From sequence record NC_049850.1: DNA of 64,000 bases; one strand, 5' to 3'. The position numbers and the translations under genes are program-made. The notes beneath the pieces were generated by a model. The model searched no databases. It saw nothing but the letters and a program-made list of their open reading frames with translations, and was not told the origin of the DNA. Each line of letters begins with the position of its first letter. Position 1 is the first letter of the stretch. Positions 58,251 through 64,000 of this stretch are shown piece by piece.

Positions 58251-59546
58251 TTATTGCCACGTGCCACGGATGGTGATGGTGATGAGCGAAACGTTCGTCG
58301 TCGCAAACTGATAGGACAACTGATCGCCTGCCGCGTAATTGGTTGTGCTACCCGTGCTCGTAAACGAGTTGCCGTTTACCGTGTCGATGTTGAGCGTGCC
58401 GACCTGCGTACCCGTATTCGGAGTGGCCGCCGGGTACTTCATGATGCGTATGGTTGCGGTCGTGCCACTGAGTAGCCGCACGTTTGCCACCGAATTCGCC
58501 CAGTTCTGCGGGAACTGGCACGGGTCCGTGAACATGTAGAACACTTCGTTCACGATGTTCGGGTTGCCCTGAACGTTGACGGGCAGACGCGCGATGCTCG
58601 GGTTGGGCGGTTGGTTCAGCAGGTCCGTGTAGGAGCCAGTGAGCGCCACCGTCGACAGCGTACCCGACGCGAGGTTACCTGCGGTCGCTGCGGTGTTCGT
58701 GAACTGCACGCCACCCAGCGTCGCGGTCGTTGCCTTGGGCAGCGAATACGGCGTAGGCTTGTTCGACAGGTCGTTGTAGTTGCCGGACGTGGCGACGGTC
58801 GCAAAGCCCGCGATGTCGGTAGCCGTCAGCGTGACCGTGCCAGTCTTACCGTTCACGGACGTGACGTTGGAGCCCGAGTTAGCGATCTTCGTCCACACGT
58901 TGTTCGACACCAGCGCCAAGTCACCGACAGCCCACGTGCTGATGCCGTCGATTGACGTAGAGCCCGCAACCGATACCACGTAGTACGAACCGTTTGCCTG
59001 CGCAGTGCCACCAGCAACACCACCGTTCGCGAGAACCGGGTTGTTCGCGTTAGCGTCCCAGTTCCCCTTATACGATAGGCCGCCCGTGATAGACGAGGGC
59101 AGGTATTTCGATGCGACAGTACCAGACGGGCCCGAAAGCAAGTCGGTAGGCAGACCAACGTCTGCGGCCGTAAGCGTCACGGTGCCCGAGCGCGAGTTGA
59201 CGGATACGACACCTGCGTTGGTAATGTTGCCGTTCGAGTCCACAGCCAGACCGCCGCTGGCCGGAACCATCACACCCCCGAGCACCGCTGCCGACGCTTT
59301 CGGGAGTACGTAATTGCCAGCCGACGGTTTGTTGGTCAGGTCGTTGTAGTTGCCGGTGAACGCCACCGTAGACAGATCACCCGGACCCAGACCGATCTCC
59401 TGAATAGCACCCGTGTTGTCGAGTGTGTACAGTTTTCGGTCTGGGAAGTTGATGGCCAACTGGCCGGTGAGTATCTGCGCCGTGGTGGGGCGAGCACCAG
59501 CGGTCAGCAGCCGTGGGTGCTGAACCGGGATGTTAAGAGCAGTCAT
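58251..59546 (-). CDS. fibre subunit: gp37-like N-domain, shaft repeats, tip domain
   Basis: AGARPT...GQLAINFPDRKLYT; TGNYNDL repeats; tip paralogous to the C-terminus of ORF 50571. Confidence 0.7.
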   Translation of the reverse strand: MTALNIPVQHPRLLTAGARPTTAQILTGQLAINFPDRKLYTLDNTGAIQEIGLGPGDLSTVAFTGNYNDLTNKPSAGNYVLPKASAAVLGGVMVPASGGLAVDSNGNITNAGVVSVNSRSGTVTLTAADVGLPTDLLSGPSGTVASKYLPSSITGGLSYKGNWDANANNPVLANGGVAGGTAQANGSYYVVSVAGSTSIDGISTWAVGDLALVSNNVWTKIANSGSNVTSVNGKTGTVTLTATDIAGFATVATSGNYNDLSNKPTPYSLPKATTATLGGVQFTNTAATAGNLASGTLSTVALTGSYTDLLNQPPNPSIARLPVNVQGNPNIVNEVFYMFTDPCQFPQNWANSVANVRLLSGTTATIRIMKYPAATPNTGTQVGTLNIDTVNGNSFTSTGSTTNYAAGDQLSYQFATTNVSLITITIRGTWQ

Positions 59547-59559
59547 TGTGTATTCCTAA

Positions 59560-61884
59560 TTAGCCGATGACGCCGCCATCGATAGTCAAGTTCTGCAAGA
59601 ACGAAAGCGGAACTGCCGCGTCGCCTGTTGTCGGTGTGGTCAGCCCGTTCAGGACTTGACTACCCATGCTTAGCGGGCCCGTCATGGTCACGTTACCTGA
59701 AACAGGCACAGCGTTCACGTTTGCCGCCGTAAGCGAGACGTTGCCGCTACCGTTCGGGCTGATGCCGTTGACCGTCGACACGGTGCCTGCTGGAATCGCA
59801 GCGGTAACCGTGACCAACCCGTTAGCTTCGGAGAGCGTAACGTTTTGGCCTGCAACCAGCGACTTGATGATCGCGGAGTTTGCAGGCGGGCTGGATTCGA
59901 CGAGCAGTACAGCGCCTGTACCGGCTTGACCCGTGACCGACGTTATCGCGTTGGCGATGGATGGGACAACGGACCATCCCAAGTTCTGGCGCATGTAGCC
60001 GTTACCATCGTTCGGGGCCTCCGGAACGCCAGTCCCCGAAATCTGAATCGAGTTGCCTGTGTTCGACAGCGAAATCGCGGGGCCAGCCGTGAACGTGATA
60101 GCGCCAGTCAGCGCGCCAGACGTTCCTGCTGTGATGGACGAAACGCCGCCCGAAGCAGTCGACGCGATGGAAAGGTTCCCGTTCGCGTCAGGAGTGATAG
60201 TCACGCCAGAACCCGCAACCAGCGTCTTCAACTTGATGTTGCCGGTCGTCGAGCCGCTGTCGGAAATCAGCGAAGTGCCGGTTGCCCCGTTGTTGTTCGT
60301 GGCCTGCACAACGACCACACCGGTTTGTCCGGACACCGAAGCAACAGCACCGGTTGCCGAGATCGTGCCGTCGGCCGCGATGCTGATACCAGAGCCCGCC
60401 TTGACACCGCCTAGGTTCACACCGGTCGGTGCCGCAAGCGACAGGTTACCGGTTCCGTCCACAGTCAGACCGGCCTTGACGATAACACCACCGATGGTGC
60501 TGGTCGTAGCCGGGTTCAGCACTTGGTTCGCAGCAATCGTCAGCGTCTTGTTGTCGCCAGACGGCGTGATCGTGACGTTGGAGCCTGCGGCCAGCGACTT
60601 GATCGTCGCGATACCGCCCGCAGTCCCGTTGTTGTCCACCAGACCCGTGCCCGTGCCTTCGTTGTTCACTGCCGTCAGTGCGCCCGAGGTTGCTGTCGAA
60701 CTGATGGTGATGTTGCCGTTAGCGTCCGTGCCAAGCTGAATCAGGTTACCAGCAACCAGCGTCTTCAGTTTTGCGTTGCCGGTAGTCGACCCGTTATTGC
60801 TGATGAGCGACGTGCCTGTTGCAGCGTTGTTGTCCGTGGTCTGAATGACCACGACTCCGGTCTGGCCAGATACGGACTGGACATTACCCTGCGCATTGAT
60901 TTGCAGGTTGCCGTTCGGATCGGAGGCCAGCGTAACGTTGGAGCCAGCGACCAGCGTCTTCAACTTGATGTTGCCGGTCGTCGCCCCACTATCCGTAATC
61001 AGCGACGTGCCGGTTGACCCGTTGTTATTCGTAGCCTGAATGACAACGGCACCAGTTTGTGCGGACACCGAAGAAACCGGAGCCGGAACTGGTGCCGGGA
61101 CTGAGATCGTGCCGTCAGCCGTCACGTTGATGTTGGCACCGATCTTGACTGCGCCAAGAACTGTGCTCGATGCCACGGCCGACACGATCTTGCCGTCGGC
61201 ACTCAACTGAATGCCCTGATCTTGCGGGACATACACACCGCCTAGATGGGCCGCGTCCTGCCCCGCTGCCGGAAGAACGTACTGGTTTGCGCCCGTCAGG
61301 ACGAGGTTGCCTGATCCGTCTGGCGCGATGGTGATGCCAGAGCCCGCGACAAGCATCGCTAGACTCAAATTACCGGTTGTGGACCCATCGTTCTTGATGA
61401 GCGACACGCCGTTGGGAGCATTGTTGTCGACAAGCTTCACTACGACGTTGCCCTGCGGGTCCGGCGTCTGGTTGTTGACCGACCGAACGTCACCGGCAGT
61501 GTAGTTGGCCGTCGTCGTAGCCCCGTACACGGACCCATCGTTTGCGATGAACGTGGGGCCGCCCGGGTACTCGACACCGTTACGCCACACCTTCGAGCGC
61601 GTCGGGAGGCCCGAGTTGGGGTCCGTTACTTCGTAGAACAGATCGATTGCAGCACCGTCGATGATGCCTTGGCAGATCGCGGTGTACGGAAGGGCAAAGC
61701 GCCACCGGCTCTGGCCGATGTCATAGATGTACGCGCCCTTGTCACGACCCGGGCCCTCCGTGGACGCAAGGATAACCGCCTCGGCCGTAGGGTCGATCGG
61801 CAGCGTGTCCACAGTAGGTGCCACCACCGTGTTCGCCACCCCGTTTCGGTGTAGCGTCAGGGAGTAGTAAAAAGTGCTGTCCAT
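59560..61884 (-). CDS. long proximal fibre/anchor protein with internal repeats and foldon-like motif
   Basis: Repeated GTSLI.D.G.TTGNIKLKTLVAG; GVPEAPNDGNGYMRQNLGW; ends TIDGGVIG. Confidence 0.7.
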   Translation of the reverse strand: MDSTFYYSLTLHRNGVANTVVAPTVDTLPIDPTAEAVILASTEGPGRDKGAYIYDIGQSRWRFALPYTAICQGIIDGAAIDLFYEVTDPNSGLPTRSKVWRNGVEYPGGPTFIANDGSVYGATTTANYTAGDVRSVNNQTPDPQGNVVVKLVDNNAPNGVSLIKNDGSTTGNLSLAMLVAGSGITIAPDGSGNLVLTGANQYVLPAAGQDAAHLGGVYVPQDQGIQLSADGKIVSAVASSTVLGAVKIGANINVTADGTISVPAPVPAPVSSVSAQTGAVVIQATNNNGSTGTSLITDSGATTGNIKLKTLVAGSNVTLASDPNGNLQINAQGNVQSVSGQTGVVVIQTTDNNAATGTSLISNNGSTTGNAKLKTLVAGNLIQLGTDANGNITISSTATSGALTAVNNEGTGTGLVDNNGTAGGIATIKSLAAGSNVTITPSGDNKTLTIAANQVLNPATTSTIGGVIVKAGLTVDGTGNLSLAAPTGVNLGGVKAGSGISIAADGTISATGAVASVSGQTGVVVVQATNNNGATGTSLISDSGSTTGNIKLKTLVAGSGVTITPDANGNLSIASTASGGVSSITAGTSGALTGAITFTAGPAISLSNTGNSIQISGTGVPEAPNDGNGYMRQNLGWSVVPSIANAITSVTGQAGTGAVLLVESSPPANSAIIKSLVAGQNVTLSEANGLVTVTAAIPAGTVSTVNGISPNGSGNVSLTAANVNAVPVSGNVTMTGPLSMGSQVLNGLTTPTTGDAAVPLSFLQNLTIDGGVIG

Positions 61885-61889
61885 AGTTC

Positions 61890-62561
61890 TCACCACGTGA
61901 ATGCGGCGTTAGCCGAGTTGAGGCTTGGCATGCGTTGTTGAACAAGCTGTGTCAACGCTTCGCCCTGAGCCCCGTTTATTTTTTGTGTAACCGCCGTGTA
62001 TGCGTCCTGATCTGCGAGTGCGCTCAGCCCGTTCTGGCTCCAGTACCAACCGGCACTCATGAACAGATCGGCAGCTTGCGTCACAAGGTCAGGATTGCTG
62101 ACGACGCGCGTGTCCCCGTAGATGGCTTGGCTGTATGCCGTGTAGTTCGAGCGCCCCGTCAGGTGGAATGCACCTCGCCCGCGAAACAGCCAGCCATCAC
62201 CAGAAGCCACGTTGCCGTTGCCCATGCGCGAGGCATAGACCAGATTCGCAAGCTTCTGCGGGTTGCCAACATAGCTCGGCGCATACGCCTTGCTGGTATC
62301 GGCTTGGTTCATGGTGAACCGCGAAGGCCACACGGCGACCAGCCGTTCCGGCGTCGTGTAGTTCAAGTTCTCCACGAGCTTCGAGAAGCCCGCAGTCTCG
62401 TACGCGGCTTGCGCCATGAAATAACGCACACGGCGCGGACTCGCGTCGATACCGAATTTTGCCATCGCCGTGTTTGCTGCGTCTGCCATCCCCTGAAGCT
62501 GTGCGGCCGGAATTTGTGGCGCAAATTTTGCGAGTTGCGCGCTCGTGATTGCGTATGCCAT
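61890..62561 (-). CDS. glycoside hydrolase family 19 endolysin
   Basis: FMAQAAYET..F..L.ENLNY, GDGW.FRGRG..LTGRSNY and SAGWYW. Confidence 0.88.
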   Translation of the reverse strand: MAYAITSAQLAKFAPQIPAAQLQGMADAANTAMAKFGIDASPRRVRYFMAQAAYETAGFSKLVENLNYTTPERLVAVWPSRFTMNQADTSKAYAPSYVGNPQKLANLVYASRMGNGNVASGDGWLFRGRGAFHLTGRSNYTAYSQAIYGDTRVVSNPDLVTQAADLFMSAGWYWSQNGLSALADQDAYTAVTQKINGAQGEALTQLVQQRMPSLNSANAAFTW

Positions 62562-63025
62562 TAGTTCACCTCAAGAAATCCGATACGTGCGTCAACGACA
62601 CCGTTCTTGAAAGGATTGAATTTGTAGATCATCTGAACGTGCGCCGTGTACGTGCCGGGGCGCAGGTTAGGAACTACCAGATCGATCTTCTCAAAAGCGA
62701 AACCTTTGACCTCCACGTTCATGTGTTGCGGATACGTGTAGACGACGTTGCCTGCGGCGTCCGTCAAGAACACGTTGTAGACTGCACGTCGTTCGGTCTT
62801 GCTTTCGACGATGAGTGGTGGGTGGATAGAAACTTCGGACCCCGCACTAACTTGGTAGGTGTCCCTGATTGACACCGTTGTCTCTGGCGCGGGTTCGACG
62901 ATCCAGACACAGGCCAAGATCATGAGCACGACCATCACCCATGGCGATAGTCGTGTGATCCATTGATCGACCCATAGTCCGAAACCAAAAAGTGCGTGGT
63001 GGCCGTTTCCTGCGAGCGTCTTCAC
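62561..63025 (-). CDS. single-TM protein with periplasmic beta-sandwich, in the lysis cassette
   Basis: TM WVMVVLMILACVWIV; lies between holin and endolysin. Confidence 0.55.
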   Translation of the reverse strand: MKTLAGNGHHALFGFGLWVDQWITRLSPWVMVVLMILACVWIVEPAPETTVSIRDTYQVSAGSEVSIHPPLIVESKTERRAVYNVFLTDAAGNVVYTYPQHMNVEVKGFAFEKIDLVVPNLRPGTYTAHVQMIYKFNPFKNGVVDARIGFLEVN

Positions 63026-63026
63026 G

Positions 63027-63386
63027 TCATTCTCCTTTGTTTCCCTCAGTCGCCGGAGACTGGGCCGCGTCGTCCACCTTGAACCCCAGACTCTCCAAAC
63101 GTTTCGTGTAAAAGCTTTCGAACAGCGCGATTGCGCGTGTCCCCATGAGACCGGCCGTCGCGATCAGGATTGCTGCAATCGGCCCGTCGATGTTGAACCA
63201 CTCGCAAGCCCAGAACGTCATGAGACCCGCGAATCCCGCCGTGATCAGGTCGCGCACCAGCGTGACGAACCTGAAATCTTGCCCGTTGTTGAGGTACTTG
63301 ACTGCGCCTCCGAAAATCGCGAGTCCGAAAACCCACGCGTACGTGCTCAGTCCGTAGCCGAACGGGTCCTTGTCACCCTGAAACAT
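63027..63386 (-). CDS. holin (LydA-like)
   Basis: Two to three TM helices, LAIFGGAVKYL...AGFAGL...AGLMG; charged C-terminus. Confidence 0.78.
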   Translation of the reverse strand: MFQGDKDPFGYGLSTYAWVFGLAIFGGAVKYLNNGQDFRFVTLVRDLITAGFAGLMTFWACEWFNIDGPIAAILIATAGLMGTRAIALFESFYTKRLESLGFKVDDAAQSPATEGNKGE

Positions 63387-63425
63387 GATCGTGCTCCATG
63401 TCAGTCACTCCTAGATTAACCCGTT

Positions 63426-63464
63426 ATAAAATTGGCGAATCCCATAAAATTGGGCTAGTAAATA
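63426..63464. promoter_or_regulatory. divergent control region: two class B motifs (minus strand, 63426-35 and 63444-53) and one class A motif (plus strand, 63455-64)
   Basis: ATAAAATTGG twice and CTAGTAAATA, each pointing toward its flanking gene. Confidence 0.55.
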
Positions 63465-63485
63465 GACCGGCAACAGGAGAAAACT

Positions 63486-63788
63486 ATGAAATACGGCGTC
63501 ACTTTCTACTCGAACCTCAACGTCCTCAACCACGTGGACAACAGTCGAGAGGTTGGCATGTTTGTCAAATCTGTGTTAGAATCTGAGGATGCCCGAAACC
63601 CGCTTGAGAACATTGAACTTTTTCGCGCGGCACGTGATCGCCTGAATGTCGAGATCGAAAAGCGGTTCGGTTCGGGCATGGAAGTTGTGTTGTTGGACGC
63701 CGAGGATTTCGACTTCGAAGCCGACGAGTTCAGCGACGCGATCTGTGTCAGCGTCCGCTCAAAGGAGAAGGGATACACCGTGCAATGA
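63486..63788 (+). CDS. hypothetical protein
   Basis: 100 aa with AGGAGA RBS. Confidence 0.6.
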   Translation: MKYGVTFYSNLNVLNHVDNSREVGMFVKSVLESEDARNPLENIELFRAARDRLNVEIEKRFGSGMEVVLLDAEDFDFEADEFSDAICVSVRSKEKGYTVQ

Positions 63789-64000
63789 AGAAGGGAAAGA
63801 AAGGAAAAATCTATGTGGCAGATGGGAACTGGCTGCTGCATCGCGTGTTCTTCACGTTGCGCACGCACCGACCCATAGAAGAGGCTCTGCCGTACGCGTT
63901 TCTGTCGTTGGTATGCAAGGACGCGATTGCGACGCGTGCCGATAGAATGCTCATCGCGTTCGACGGCCCCAAGGTGTTCCGGTACGCGCTTTATCCGGAG
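63785..64000 (+). CDS. 5'-3' exonuclease / RNase H (FEN family), 3'-truncated
   Basis: MKKGKKGKIYVADGNWLLHRVFF...IAFDGPKVFRYALYP; runs off the window end. Confidence 0.75.
   Translation, partial: MKKGKKGKIYVADGNWLLHRVFFTLRTHRPIEEALPYAFLSLVCKDAIATRADRMLIAFDGPKVFRYALYPE

Noticed and set aside
44999-61884. Diversity-generating retroelement acting on fibre tips
   Set aside because: No reverse transcriptase, and no template/variable repeat pair differing at adenines, was seen in this window.
1-64000. tRNA or rRNA genes, integrase, major capsid or sheath genes
   Set aside because: None recognised. Intergenic gaps are short and lack cloverleaf patterns; capsid and sheath presumably lie outside the window.

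Overview
This window looks like a 64-kb segment of a large, GC-rich lytic myovirus (jumbo-phage-like) genome. A proteobacterial, probably Burkholderiales-like, host is my inference from composition and gene content and is not verified. Bases 1-26 kb (+ strand) carry nucleotide metabolism, replication and recombination genes: 3'-5' exonuclease, HAD and HD hydrolases, family A DNA polymerase, primase, separated spanins, two GIY-YIG homing endonucleases, ThyX, a SWIM protein, a region-2-only sigma factor, a gp32-like SSB, RecA/UvsX, TerL, RuvC and an MmcB-like nuclease. Bases 26-44.6 kb (+) carry a probable portal, a T4-like tail/baseplate module, a tail fibre with chaperone, and an Acb1-like 2H phosphoesterase. 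Bases 45-63.4 kb (-) form an 18-kb cluster of accessory fibre, lectin and adaptor genes ending in a GH19 endolysin and a holin. The window ends in a 5'-3' exonuclease. The most notable observations are: (1) an apparent plug-and-socket assembly code across the fibre cluster (foldon-bearing anchors ending in a DGG/DEG-like motif, each followed by a gene starting with a T4 gp37-like N-domain, plus duplicated tip-lectin-mini-repeat modules); (2) a structured RNA candidate ahead of the tail operon; (3) two oriented promoter-like motifs, one embedded in an RBS-sequestering hairpin; (4) a nucleolin-like alternating acid/base tail on the SSB; (5) several candidate anti-defence enzymes. All family assignments come from motif recognition by eye; no searches were run.
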